From Octopus vulgaris (taxonomy: Eukaryota), in NCBI GenBank assembly GCA_951406725.2, contig OX597818.1:41230001-41294000 (forward strand): a stretch of DNA of 64,000 nucleotides. The letters are read 5' to 3'. The notes beneath the pieces are model-generated. The model had not been told where the DNA came from. It saw only the letters and a list, made by a program, of their open reading frames with translations, and searched no databases. Both the position numbers and the translations under genes were made by a program. This document shows positions 1-13,981 of this stretch, piece after piece. Every line of letters begins with the position of its first letter. Position 1 is the stretch's first letter.

Positions 1-76
1 TGCGAAAATACCGGAAAATATGTGTACGTGCACATAAGCGTTTATGTGCATATATACGTACATAAGTATATATACA

Positions 77-110
<34 letters not shown>

Positions 111-394
111 CATACATACATACATACATACATACAACATACATATATACACCCAATCATTTACCAACAGCCTCTGGTCAAACATTACATTCTGTCTCTT
201 TCACTCTCTTTCTCTCTTCTTCTATTTATCTATCTGTAACTTTATCTCTAGTTTAGAACAATCGTCGGACGATATCGTTTCGTTTTTGAAGGAAACTTCC
301 TTGAGAGATGAATGGAGAGTACAGCTTCCATTTCGTATCTTACTCTAAGCAACTAGGCCTAGTGAAGCCTACCGTAGTAAAGAGGAAGAGGATC

Positions 395-597
395 TCTGCG
401 TGCGTACGTTTGAGATGCTAGAAATAACAACAAAGCTCCTTCAGATCGCTCCACACCACCCATTTAAAAAAGAATTAAATCATTGCACACTCATAGATAT
501 ACAAAATGATTTGTTAGTCACGTTTGGTATCACTGTGACTATAAAATCTACTCTATCGCGGCTAGACAAGGGCTAAACAACAGCAGTAACATCCAGC
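395..597 (+). mobile_element. Old dispersed retroposon-like repeat (family E), degraded, running into a CAA/CAG tail
   Basis: Motifs 'tgctagaaata.caac' and 'gtcacg.ttgg...ggggctaaacaac' recur near 31110, 34180 and 36965 (+) and near 16000 and 47065-47325 (-). Confidence 0.5.
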
Positions 598-598
598 A

Positions 599-629
<31 letters not shown>

Positions 630-636
630 CAGTAGC

Positions 637-696
<60 letters not shown>

Positions 697-720
697 GGTG
701 GCGGCAGAAGCAGCAGTAGC

Positions 721-806
<86 letters not shown>

Positions 807-816
807 CAGCAGCAGC

Positions 817-893
<77 letters not shown>

Positions 894-915
894 CAGCAGC
901 AGCAGCAGCAGTAGT

Positions 916-985
<70 letters not shown>
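598..985. repeat. (TAG)n/(CAG)n compound microsatellite
   Basis: Seen directly; it produces the poly-Y/poly-V ORFs. Confidence 0.98.
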
Positions 986-1074
986 ATTATATCGATGTTC
1001 GTTGAGCATGTATTGTGCTTGTAGTGTTACTGCTTCGCTTGACAAGGAAATTGGTTCTCGAACCCGACCGCAAT

Positions 1075-1134
<60 letters not shown>

Positions 1135-1441
1135 CAGTGTAAGGAAGAGACCCTAACTCGCAACTCCTCACTGTTCTATCATACAAATTCATTTATCACT
1201 AAATATCTGGCACAGCCGCCATTTCTATCATGTCTACTAATACCAAGATTTCAACTAGCACGGTATCTTACTCCGTCTCTTACTAATTTGGCACCATCTC
1301 TCCTTCCCTCACTCCCCTCTCTCTCACTTTCTCTTTTTTCTCTGTCTGTCTATCTCTCTATCTACCTCTTTCACACTCGCGCACTCTCTTTCTCTCTCTC
1401 TCTCTTTCTGCATCTTTAAATATAATACGCACACACACATT

Positions 1442-1519
<78 letters not shown>

Positions 1520-1606
1520 CATGCATGAATGTATGTGTGTGTGGTGTGTGTTTAATTACACACACACGTATATATATATACTGTATATATATATATATAT
1601 AAATAT

Positions 1607-1653
<47 letters not shown>

Positions 1654-1723
1654 GTATATATGTATATATATGTGCGTGTGTGTGCGTGTGTGTGCGTGTG
1701 TGTATATGTGTATATGTGTGTAC

Positions 1724-1756
<33 letters not shown>

Positions 1757-1799
1757 TGTATATGTATATATGTGTATGTCCATGTTATAGATGTCCATT

Positions 1800-1832
<33 letters not shown>

Positions 1833-2937
1833 CAACTTAACTAGTTATCTCTCTCTCTCTCTCTTTCTCTTTCCTTATTTATCCTGTGTCTCTCCCCATC
1901 TCTATATCTAATTACATCTATTTCTTACCCTAACCCTAACCGCTCACTTCATCCAGTACGTGACCAATTCTGAACAGGGCCATCGAAGAGCCAGTTAAAC
2001 TAATCGGAACTTCATCGAAACACTCCTTGAATTCAATTCCATGTAATCACCGAAATTAAAACCCACTTACCAAACATTTCTCAAGCATATACATGTGTGC
2101 ATACATACACACGCATGATATATATGGTTACATAGATACATGGTATATATGGTTGGTTTTGTTGTTGCTAATTTTGTTATCAATGTAGTTTGTTGCTATT
2201 GCTTTATTTGCTCGTTATTTTATTTTTTTGTTAGCTTTGCACCCACGTGATTCTCTAGTTTCACATTTGCCACCATGTTGCTTTTTGTTGTTATTGTTGT
2301 TGTTGTTTTTTTTTGTTATTATTATTGTCACGTAGTCTTTGTTGTTGCTATTGTTGTTCATGTGCGTTTTTCTTCAAATCTTTGTTGTGGTTGTGTTGCT
2401 AATTTCCCTTCTGGATATCGTTGCGAATGACGGTGAAGAGCAAGAGGAAGAGAAGGAGAAGGATGGAAGTGGTGGCGGTGAGGATGAGGTGTAGGAAGAA
2501 TAAAAGGAGGAAGAGGAGGAAGAGGAGGGGCAATTATTTTTTATTGTTTCTTTCCATGGAAGATTTTCTATTGCGGTGGCTATTATAAATGTTTCGCTGT
2601 AGAAAAATTAGCAACAGCGCTGGTAACAACAACAATAGCAACAACAACAACAACAGTACATTAAGTCATATCAACAAACAAACAACAACATTGATAGCTG
2701 CAACAATTCAACATGAACATTATTAACATAAACTGGATTAATACCATCAAAATTTACAACCACTACAACGACCATTTTGAATAAATAAAAATAAATAAAC
2801 GTTTTGCACGGCAATAAGAACAAGAACATTAGCTTTAATATCATTAGATAGTATTTACATAACATTAACATTAATAACAAAATTGAAGTCCAATACAAAA
2901 TGTAAACAGCAACTACAACAATAGACAAAGTAACAAC

Positions 2938-3003
<66 letters not shown>

Positions 3004-3159
3004 CTGCAATATCAACAGCAACATCATTGAAAGAACTTTAGCATAACAACAACAAAAACAACAACAACAACAGTAGCAGCAGCAACGGAAACAAGAATAA
3101 ACAAAGCTTAAACAACATTAATATAACATTTTAAAAGCAACAAACCAAATAGCAATACT

Positions 3160-3650
<491 letters not shown>

Positions 3651-3767
3651 GAAACTAACGTCAGTTAAACGACGAAAATAGATTAAACAAACATTGAAAC
3701 AAAAATAATAAAAGAAAACGATGAACGTAAAATATAATATATATACAAAAGAAGAAAAAAAAACACG

Positions 3768-3868
3768 TCAAATCGAATTTAATTTGCTTCGCTGCCGTGG
3801 CTTGAAATCCAGCGCTCCGTACGTGATCCGATACCGCGTTACTTTGGCTAGCATGCGATTGTACAAGG
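3768..3868 (-). CDS. Candidate terminal coding exon of an unidentified gene (xLYNRMLAKVTRYRITYGALDFKPRQRSKLNSI*)
   Basis: GC-richer unique island. On the minus strand it is preceded by 'ctaactaaat...cgtctctttttag' (branch-like sequence, pyrimidine tract, AG). It has 2 nt plus 32 sense codons, then TGA. Confidence 0.45.
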
Positions 3869-4223
3869 CTAAAAAGAGACGTTTATCTTTATTTAGTTAG
3901 TGTTTGGTTTATTTAGTTATTTATTTATTTATTTTACAAACTACATCTACAAATCGAATAGGCAATTCACTGCAGTTTTTGCTCAACTCTTACTACCTCC
4001 CAATATTAGCCGCCACCACCACCACCACCACCACCACCTCCTCTGTCAACACGGTTAGCCATCTTAAATTCAAGTCCACTTATTTCTTATTTACAAGCAT
4101 TCGCTAAATGTTTGTACAGTTATTTGTTAGTTCTATATATATACACACACATACATATCCTTCTCTCTATTTCTTCGTCTCTCTCTTTCTTTCTCTCATA
4201 CTTTCAAACGCTATCTATGACTG

Positions 4224-4283
<60 letters not shown>

Positions 4284-4814
4284 TCGTATTCAATCTCTTA
4301 ATCTAATTCTCACTATCTCTATCTCTCTCTCTATCTTTTCTTTCATTCTCAAGTTCTTTCTAATCACTTTTTCTGTCTCTTCGTTTTTCCCTTATTTCTC
4401 TCCCTCCCTTCCTCTCTCTCTCTCTCGCGCTCGCTCTCTCTCTCTCTCTCTCTCTGATTCCTTTACTTCCTTTCTTACTGTTTTTATTACCACCCTTCTT
4501 TACTTAACTCTCCTATCATCTCTACCTTTCCATCTTCCCAACAGTTTCTGACAGTTGTGTTTTTCTTCAATTTTTTTTTCTTCCGTTTATTCGTTTTGTA
4601 TTGTTTTGTCGAGTTTTTTTTTCCAATTCCACTTCATTTTATTATCTTCTAACCGTTTTAAGTTGTGCAGTATCACGACAGCATTACTGAAAGTAGTAAG
4701 AACATAACAAACAATTGTTTATTTTCCGTTACAAATGTTGGTAGGATACACATTTTTCTTCATCATTATTATCATCATCAGCAGCAGCATTGTCATCATC
4801 ATTATCATCATATT

Positions 4815-5170
4815 TCTTCTTCTTTCTCTTCTCCTTTCTTCTCCTCCTCCTCCTCCTTCTTCTTCTTCTTCTTCTTCTTCTTCTTCTTCTTCTTCTTCTT
4901 CTTCTTCTTCTTCTGCTTCTGCTTTCTCTTCCCCCTTGTTCTTCCTCTTCTTTTTCTTCTTTCTCTTCCCTCTTTCCTTCTTTTCCTTCTTCTTTCTCTT
5001 CCCCCTTTCTTCTTCTTTTTCTTTTTCTTTTTCTTCTTCTTTCTCTTCCCCTTTCTTCTTCTTTTCCTTCTTCTTCTTATTTTCCTTCTTCTTATTTTCC
5101 TTTTTCTTCTTCTTTTCCTTCTTCTTCTTCTTCTTCTTCTTCTTCTTCTTCTTCTTCTTCTTCTTCTTCT
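4815..5170. repeat. (TTC)n-rich array, which reads as the (GAA)n tail of the adjacent LINE fragment
   Basis: Seen directly; it abuts the 3' end of the 5171-5815 element. Confidence 0.95.
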
Positions 5171-5815
5171 GCTCCACCTGCTCCACCACAACGAATTTAG
5201 CATATTCATCAAAAGGCGGGTTACTGTAACCAAAAGAATTACTGGTTAAAATGAATGGCACTATGCTGAACATGTGCCTCTCTATATTAGATTTTAGCAA
5301 TTGGGCAAGAGTTGCACCCTTTGTTGTCAGAGCAATCCTAATTATGGTGAGGTTTTTCTGTTTAGCCCAAGCTGGAGGCTCTCCCGTCTCAGAAGAACTG
5401 CATCATCTCTGTGTTTTAGATTTTTATATAACGTTGATAACTTTCATAGGTTTCGGCCAGTATAGCCCAAGCCATGTCTAACTTAATAGTACCAACATAC
5501 TGTGTATAATTTTTATCGCAGCCCACCTCCTCTTCGTTTCCATCACCCATCATTTTATGTAAGCCCATACACAAATTGTAAACTGTTCTTGTAATACCAT
5601 TCTCATCAGCTCCCTTGTGATAAATAAAAAAAATCATCATCGCCATTATTTCCATATCACTTCTCAAAGCTCTCAATCTTACTTGCTCTGGATAATTTTG
5701 TAAGAAGGACAGCAGCCTATTGTCAAAGGTCTCACGGGATCTCTTTCCACGAGACTTAACACCCAAGTACCAATCTCAAAATCCTTGCTGTCCTCAATAG
5801 AGTAGTTTTCTGAGC
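5171..5815 (-). mobile_element. 5'-truncated REL-endonuclease non-LTR retrotransposon (R4/Dong-like): ORF C-terminus plus ~585 nt 3' UTR
   Basis: 5812-5756 (-) translates to QKTTLLRTARILRLVLGC*, matching the R4/R2-type C-terminal motif QKxxLLGTAxILRxVL. The element ends in (GAA)n. Confidence 0.75.
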
Positions 5816-5941
5816 ATGTATATATATATATAAATCCCACCCCCAACACCTAAATAAAACGAAGAACAAACACAAAAACAACAACGTGAGGACGTGGTGC
5901 ATGTAAAATATTAGCAGACGCTCAGGGAAGGAACGAAAAAT

Positions 5942-5977
5942 GGTATAATGTTTCGAGCAAAGCTCTTCTTCAGAAAC
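5942..5977 (-). ncRNA. Degenerate minimal hammerhead ribozyme
   Basis: Minus strand reads gttt CTGAAGA a gagc-ttt-gctc GAAA ca TT atac. It lies in a ~230 bp insert after a TA run; stems I and III are decayed. Confidence 0.5.
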
Positions 5978-6058
5978 AGAGAAAAGTCCAATAGAAAAGG
6001 ACGAAAGAAATCGCTAACAATTCACATGTGGTTACATTTTGAAATATATACAAATATA

Positions 6059-6117
6059 TTATAATAAGGACATTGAATAATTACAACTGGCGTTGTAATT
6101 ATTCAATGTCCTTGTTA

Positions 6118-6120
<3 letters not shown>
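6059..6120. repeat. Near-perfect hairpin: 29 bp arms, 4 nt loop, adjacent to (TA)n
   Basis: ttataataaggacattgaataattacaac-tggc-gttgtaattattcaatgtccttgttataa, with 1 mismatch. Confidence 0.95.
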
Positions 6121-6177
<57 letters not shown>

Positions 6178-6733
6178 GCGAAAGTGTACTTTACTGAAAC
6201 ATGTGGCCTTTGGACAACGTAAGAAATCGATATTACTTTCCAATAAGAGAGGGAAATTTTCCTTTTCAGCAGACCTAAAGTCGCCATCATTTACAGAAGA
6301 TGAAAACTAGCAACCGTAGGTTTGCGTCTTCCCAAAATATTTGATTAGGGAACAAAACTGTATCGTTAACTCAGCTTTCTGTCACTTTCCTCCTATCTCT
6401 TCCTGAAACAGAACATACTATTGATGTTTTTATGTTGTCGTTTTATCCTTAAAAATGATATAAAAGAAAACTCCGGTTGGGTGTTCTTGATTTAATCAAC
6501 GACCGCGTTTTTGACTGTTCTTTTACTACCACTTCAATTTATTATTTCATTTTATTAGCTCCTTTATTTTCATCTCATTTAATGTGTTTGATTGCCTTCA
6601 GTTATCTGTTCTTTTTATTACTTTCTCATCGTACTTCATTAAAATCTTTTATCAATTATTTTATTATCATCTTTTATTTGCTATTTTAAATATGCATACA
6701 TACATACATACATACATACATACATACATACAT

Positions 6734-7069
6734 GGTGGCTGCCCCCTCGTTATCGAGTATGGCCATTGCACGAAGCTTAATCAATGTTGTTATCGTGCAA
6801 TGCCTGTGCAAGAGGAATTTTTTTAAAGTGAGGAAAGGCTGTGCACTGAGTCAATCCCACTCACTAAGCAACAGCAACCATAACCCGAAAAGAAGAACAA
6901 GTCAACATCATTGGTAACCACTGAGCCGCAGGTTTTATGTCGGAGTTATCCCAGTTACCTGAGTTACCTTCTCCTAGAAGGATGCCCTAACAAAGGCTAG
7001 GAGTCCTTCACTCCCAATGGTTTAACTGCGCGATCGGGTATTCAGTACGATTATTTCTATGTCCCCGCG
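6734..7069 (-). mobile_element. ~336 bp RTE-related short retroposon (family D), embedded in (CATA)n
   Basis: Near-identical inverted copy at 25073-25408. Contains 'agcctttg..agggcatccttctaggagaagg', which resembles the RTE 5' UTR motif, and a 3' stem attgcacga...tcgtgcaat. Confidence 0.75.
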
Positions 7070-7075
7070 CATACA

Positions 7076-7109
<34 letters not shown>

Positions 7110-7666
7110 CATACATAAATAAATACATACATGCATATATACATACATACATACATACATGCATACATACATTCATACATACATACATACATACATACAT
7201 ACATACATACATACATACATACATACATACATACATACATACATACATACATCTTTGAAAATCAAAGAGAAAAGGATAACTATGAACAACTGCTTCGAAA
7301 TGCCTAACTGCCAGTCTTGATATACCAACTGATTCGCACATTACAAATACATTCTGTAATCGGAACAGTAAAACTATGCAAGACTTTTCTCAGGTTTAAA
7401 ATGTGACATTGTTTTCGTTATCAACATTTCAAAGATGGAGCTTTGCACCTTTGTTAGAAGTCAGCCCCTTCTTCAGAGGAAGAATTTAAATGATTAGCTA
7501 CAGAAAAGACATACATACATACATACATACATACATACATACATACATACATACATACATACATACATACATACATACATACATACATACATACATACAT
7601 ACATACATACATACATACATACATACATACATACATACATACATACATACATACATACATACATAC
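7070..7666. repeat. Two (CATA)n arrays (7070-7251 and 7510-7666)
   Basis: Seen directly. Confidence 0.97.
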
Positions 7667-8647
7667 GGATGGTAACAAAGTTGAAGATCAGTGAAGAAGA
7701 GAATGCCTATGCTGGACTATTAAATGATTAAATACGGAAGACATACATACATATATACATAGGGAATGAGACATTTTGCAGCAGTAATTCCGTTGCCCTT
7801 TTCCACCAACCACTTTCCTGGACTGTCTAAAGATTAAGAGCATAAATACTTGAAGCTTATATTAAAAGTAACTAAGATGTTTTGTTTTTTTCTGTGTAAA
7901 ATTCAGAGGTTATATCGAACAAACCACGTTATTATTACACAAAAGATCGAAGTTAGTAAAGGGAGGTAAGTAGTAGACAGATTAAAATAGCATATAGGAA
8001 GACATAGACACAGAGAGAAACCAACAAACACCCTGAGGAATCGATCAGTTTCGGAAATAATGCAATACAGAAATATACATGCTTCCTTAGTCAAAATCGA
8101 TGAATTGACATCGAATATACTGGCCTGCGTATCTAAACCTACATTTGAGTCTTAGGAATTATGCTGCTGAAACACTATTGGCACCGTGTGTTGGATATTT
8201 ACATAAAATGTTTCGCCTTACGAAAAGCAAAAAATAAGAAAATATAAAGAACTATCTTTAATCTCACCGCTGAACACGTATTTGGCGACGTAAACTTTTA
8301 AAGTTTCAACACGCTACGGAACAAGTCCATCAAATTGTTTGTTCAGCTGAAGACATTATTAGCTATAGCTAGTTATAACTTTTCAAGTTATATGCTCGTT
8401 TTAGATGGTTCTAGCGTGACGCGTTGAGTGTGAACAGTCAGCAAAGAGTTTGCGTGTGTGAGTGTGTTTGTGTGTGTGCGCGCGTATGACAGAGAGTGGG
8501 GTGTTTATAGCGTGGAGGTATTTGAATAATTTAGACTCCATACCGTCTGATAATTACAGCTGATTGAATGATGCTTTAACGAATCCATACATAGTCAGAC
8601 AATCGTTGCATCAGATTAATTAATAGAGACATAAATTGTAAACAGAC

Positions 8648-8727
<80 letters not shown>

Positions 8728-9069
8728 GGATGGATGGATGGATGGATAGATAGATACTGCATACACACATTCATATTATCCATGCGTTCATACTTCTATA
8801 AATACAGGCGTACATATTTATACATGTATACATACAAACAAACACACACACACATATATACACACACACACATATATACACACACACACATTTGACCTAA
8901 GTGGGGGATGGACTAACCAAGTTCAACAGAAATTTGGGGCAGAGTAATTCATCAAAACAGCAGATAGCCACTAAACCATTCTATACCAGAGTGAAAGATA
9001 TCAGCTAATATTATCTGTAGCTGCCCAAAAGTCTCCCGCAGATATTACCTTCGCATCAGGCATAATATT

Positions 9070-9476
9070 CTTTTCTATTCTAGGCACAAGGCCCGAAATT
9101 TTGGGGGAGGGAGCCAGTCGATTACATCGACCCCAGTACGCAACTGGTACTTAATTTATCGACCCCGAAAGGATGAAAGGCAAAGTCGACCTCGGCGGAA
9201 TTTGAACTCAGAACGTAAAGACAGACGAAATACTGCTAAGCATTTCGCTCGGCGTGCTAACGTTTCTTATTTCTTTATTACCCACAAGGGAGCTAAACAT
9301 AAAGGGAACAAACAAGGACAGACAAAGGGATTAAGTCGATTACATCGACCCCTGTGCGTAACTAGTACTTAATTTATCGACCCCGAAAAGATGAAAGGCA
9401 AAGTCGACCTCGGGGGAATTTGAAACACCGCCAAGCATTTCGTTCAGCGTGCTAACGTTTCTGCCAGCTCGCCTTC
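9070..9476 (-). mobile_element. tRNA-derived SINE family A, dimeric copy
   Basis: B-box 'gagttcaaattcc' and core 'gcctttcatcctttcggggtcgataaattaagtacc' each present twice. Imperfect ~17 bp TSD gcatcaggcataatatt / gcatgaggcataacatt. Confidence 0.9.
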
Positions 9477-10375
9477 TTGCATGAGGCATAACATTGTGGC
9501 CAAAACTATTTATTTATAATGCTGCTTAATTATATCTGAGGTACAAACTGAATGTATCTCCACCTTTAAAAATAGGAACACTTTAAAACAGAAAGTTCGG
9601 CAGACATGATATTAGTTTCAAATTTTGGTACAAGGCCAGCAATTTTGGGTGAAGGGTGTCGATTACATCAGGAAAAAGGGACTTCTGTGATATTTGAACT
9701 CAAAATCAGAAGCAATCGAACAATGTAAAACTCGTGCTGCAATTCAAATTCTCTCTACTTAGCGTAAACCACGGGCTGAATTAGCGTAACGCGGGTGTAG
9801 CAAAGCTTTTCATTACAAGAATATTCCATCCGACATGTTTTCGTCTACCGGCATCGTAACTGAAAATCGAACTAAAGTCTCTTGATTGTGAAGAGGACTG
9901 TTTAACCGTTCAGCCACACCGTTTACATATTTTAAAGACAGTTAGAGACGTAGACTCGGGCAAGAATACAGTGAGCTACGTTGACACACAGACGAGGTAG
10001 TAGAGCAGAGAAAAGAAGAAGATTTGATAGGAAACATAGTAAAAGAAAGAGAGCGATTGGGTACAAATAAACAGCTGAGAAAATTGGGAAGGAGAAAGTA
10101 AAGGGGCGATAAATGCAGGCAGAGAGTGTAGAAATACATACAAACCATTGTGGAGAAGGTTGATATGGACAGGAGTAAAGACAGATACAAGGATAGGGAA
10201 GGAATGAGGAAGGGAGGGAAAGAAAGAGAGAGGTGGGAGTGGAGACAACTGCAAAATAAACGTTTAGACGGATGGACAAAAAGGTACATTGAAATGCAAG
10301 AATTCCAGTTTGGAGGCCTTAGGCTATTTTGTTGGGCAGCACATGTATGTATGTATATATATATATATTCATATT

Positions 10376-10428
<53 letters not shown>

Positions 10429-10802
10429 ATATGCAAATACGTGTATACATAGTGAATTTTCATTAATACTTGAGCAAATATTCTCTCTTCTCTTCGCTTT
10501 AGAAAAATGTATTAAATGGAAGGAAAGAGACGACAACGGGAATGAGAACTCGATCTATCGAAACGTCCAAACAATAGCAAGGAATCAAATATTCTGACAA
10601 GTGTCAAGTCTTAATAAAATTACAAATAATTATTATTCATCACTTGCAGAAATCTCATGCATATCATTTGCATAAATCTTTGCTTCGAGCCAGGAAAAAG
10701 TTCAGTTACTTAGCATTAGGTTTCGTCGCAGCTCGTTTTAAGTCGTCCTTCCTCTTCCTCTTTTCCTTCATATTTTTTGTAATATTTTTACATTTATGAC
10801 GT

Positions 10803-10858
<56 letters not shown>

Positions 10859-10865
10859 GATAGAT

Positions 10866-10912
<47 letters not shown>

Positions 10913-11005
10913 GTAGATGGATGGATGGATGGATGGATGGATAGATAGATGGATGGATGGATGGATAGATGGATGGATAGATAGATGGATAGATGGATGC
11001 ATGGT

Positions 11006-11074
<69 letters not shown>

Positions 11075-11752
11075 GCATATAGATAGATATAGATACATAG
11101 ATAGATTGATAGATGGATACATAGACAGACAGACTGGCAAGCAGGCAGGCAGACAGACAGGCAGGAGACAGGCTGACAGACAGTCAAACCGACAGGCAGA
11201 CAGACAGACAGACAGGCAGGCAGACAGACAGACATGTATATTGCTCATTTGGTTATTTGATTCATTGATTCCCAGTTCCTACTCTTTTCTTTATTCAAAT
11301 ATTCCCTTCTCTCAATATTTCTTTTCCTGTCATCACCACCACCACCACCACCACTAATACCCACCGTCACCACAAATAAACACGCAATTATCATTCTCAC
11401 CCGTTATAGCAACCACCACCATCATCATCACCATCATGGTCATCTCATCAACGTCGTTATCGTAACCCTCAACAATGCCTTCAAAATCATTAACATCACC
11501 ACCATCGCCATCGCTATCATTATCATCACAACTATTATCATTACAACCTTCACCATGGCAACTTACACCTCTACATCCTCCAGCGCCATCATCATCGTCA
11601 ATTGTATAATTTAATTCTACATCCATCCTTCTTCCCCTTATTAGTGTTGTATTTCTCAATCTTTGTGTTTGTGTGTGTACATACCTTTGTTACGGTCCAT
11701 CTACGTTTTCTACATCGAATTTACCGTGTCGGTAAAATGATACCAGTCATAT

Positions 11753-11964
11753 GTTAGGTGTCTCATGAGTAGGAGCTTAACCGATTTCCATGGCGTATAA
11801 ACGACAAAGATCACAGCAATCCCCAAGGTCAACTATTAATGGCTCCACGAAAGCAACGAGGTGTATTGAATCAAGAACACAGCGCACTATCCGATGTGAG
11901 AATCGAAACTACGACCTTACAGTCGCGAGCCCAATTCTCTAACCGCTAGACCACGCGCCTTCAC
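11753..11964 (-). mobile_element. Diverged tRNA-derived SINE (family C-related) with an 11 bp TSD
   Basis: A-box 'tggtctagcgg' and B-box 'gtttcgattc'. TSD accagtcatat at 11742 and 11965. Tail 'tacgccatggaaa.cgg' is shared with the 13084 copy. Confidence 0.7.
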
Positions 11965-11979
11965 ACCAGTCATATACTG

Positions 11980-12193
11980 ATTTCAAATTTTGGCACAAGA
12001 CCAGAAATTTTGGAGATGGTGGTATCGATTAAATGACCCTAGTACTACTCAACTGATACTTACGTAATCGACCCCGAAAGGAAGAAGAGCAAAATCAACC
12101 TTGGCGGAATTTGAACTCAGAATGTAAAGACGGACGAAATGCCTCTAAGGCATTTTCTCCGGTGTGTTAACGATTCAGCCAGCTCGCCGCCTT
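11980..12193 (-). mobile_element. SINE family A, monomeric copy
   Basis: Matches the 9070 and 35672 copies; begins aaggcggcgagctggc. Confidence 0.88.
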
Positions 12194-12614
12194 AAACATC
12201 AGAAACATATTAATGTCAATTTATCAACTATGATCAACACGTTAAAATATCTGTCCTTGTGCCTATAATGAAAATCAATATTATAATTTGGTTGTTTATC
12301 TTGTTAATTATCTACCCGTTTATCTGCATAATTCCTTCACGAAATCAAAAAAGTTAAACGAATCCAGCCATTTACACCGAATCCTGTTTCTTCTTTGAAA
12401 ATAATGTTTTATTCATTTAATATAATAGATGATGAGGGGTGGGGGTTCGAATATATTGCCTTGATATACATACGTGTCTTTTACAACTATATCAAAATAT
12501 GAGATGATATACATGTATATATAAAGGCTTGCTTTTATGTCCACTTATAAATGCCATTTGATATTAAACAGGGGGATTACTCAATGCCCTTTGAAGGGCT
12601 TATATTTATTGTTG

Positions 12615-12735
12615 TTACAAGGTAAAGGCTCAAAGTAACTTCGAAGTTTCAACTTGTTTGCTTTCCCTTAATTGTCTGATGAAAGCAAGCAAGTAAGCCG
12701 AAACTTCGATGTCACTTTCAACCTTTTCCTTGTAA
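12615..12735 (+). ncRNA. Minimal hammerhead ribozyme core (12674-12715) inside an imperfect ~55 bp-arm fold-back
   Basis: gt CTGATGA aagc...gcc GAAA c-ttcgat-g TC ac. 12615-12665 is an imperfect reverse complement of 12681-12735. Followed by (TA)n(TG)n. Confidence 0.6.
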
Positions 12736-12736
12736 A

Positions 12737-12805
<69 letters not shown>

Positions 12806-13083
12806 CACACACAAACACACACACGCACGCACTTACATATAGATATATATATGCATATATACATACATACATATGTGTGTATGTGTGTGATTGTGTGTGT
12901 ATGTGTGTCTCTTCTTTTTTTAATTATTATAAATTTTCCACTGAGGGAGCCGGGTTCCAACAAAGATACAAGGCTCCATCTTTGGGATGTAGTTAATACA
13001 GACGAATTCACATTTATAACTTAAGAAAAGTTTTGCATATTTTTACTGTTCCACTCACAGATAGCACTTGTAATGTACGAATC

Positions 13084-13348
13084 AGCCCGGTTTCTATGGC
13101 GTATGTGTTCTCCCCAGTTGGACGGGACGCCAGTCCATCGCAGCGTTACTCAAGAAACGGGAAGAAAGAGTGAGAGAAAATTAGGGCGAAAGAGTACAAC
13201 AGGGGTCGCCACCACCCCCTGCCGGAGCCTCGTGGAGCTTTAGGTGTTTTCGCTCAATAAACACACACAACACCCGGTCTGGGAATCGAAACTGCGATCC
13301 TCCGACCGCGAGTTTGCAGCGCTAACCAATAGGTCATTGTGCCTCCAC
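13084..13348 (-). mobile_element. tRNA-derived SINE family C with tail type 1
   Basis: Head and body nearly identical to 24207-24402. Tail contains 'ctgcgatggactggcgtcccgtcca'. Confidence 0.85.
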
Positions 13349-13694
13349 ATACGTATATGTATACATATGTATATAGGCATGGAATTATCATTCTCAATAT
13401 GAACATCACTAAAAACTGTGTTATGTTCACACACGCATCCTGTCACCTACTTAGAAGCGTATCTGACAGAACATTGTCAGTTTTTACGGCTCATAAAGAC
13501 ACAACGTTGAACTCTCTGATCTTAATACACCATGTTGACGTTTATGAAGATGACGCGTCAAAATCAACCGAACGCGTTTTCCAGATTCTAGTCAACTCTG
13601 GTCCTGTCTGTCGCTCTCCTCCCGTTTTCTCCCGTCACTCCACCAACTCTCTTCCGCTCTCTTTCCATCTCTCTGCTATATATTATATAATATT

Positions 13695-13756
<62 letters not shown>

Positions 13757-13981
13757 AAGCGTCGATGAAGCTACAGTGTGATACTCAAGCACTCAACTAG
13801 TAGTGCATTGCATCTTATAGCAGAAACGGCTGTAAGCTAATGAAGTCCATAACATAACTGTTTATTCCTTTGTCAACCCGATTTCCTGTACACACACACA
13901 CACACGCACACGCACCACGGATACCCGCGCACACGCACAGATGCACACGCACAAACATATGTATACATATAAAGATATACC

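Noticed and set aside
1926-1941. taccctaaccctaacc telomere-like motif
   Set aside because: Only about two units, which is chance level.
8030-8070. CTGAGGA...GGAAA hammerhead-like motif
   Set aside because: Stems I and III cannot be formed.
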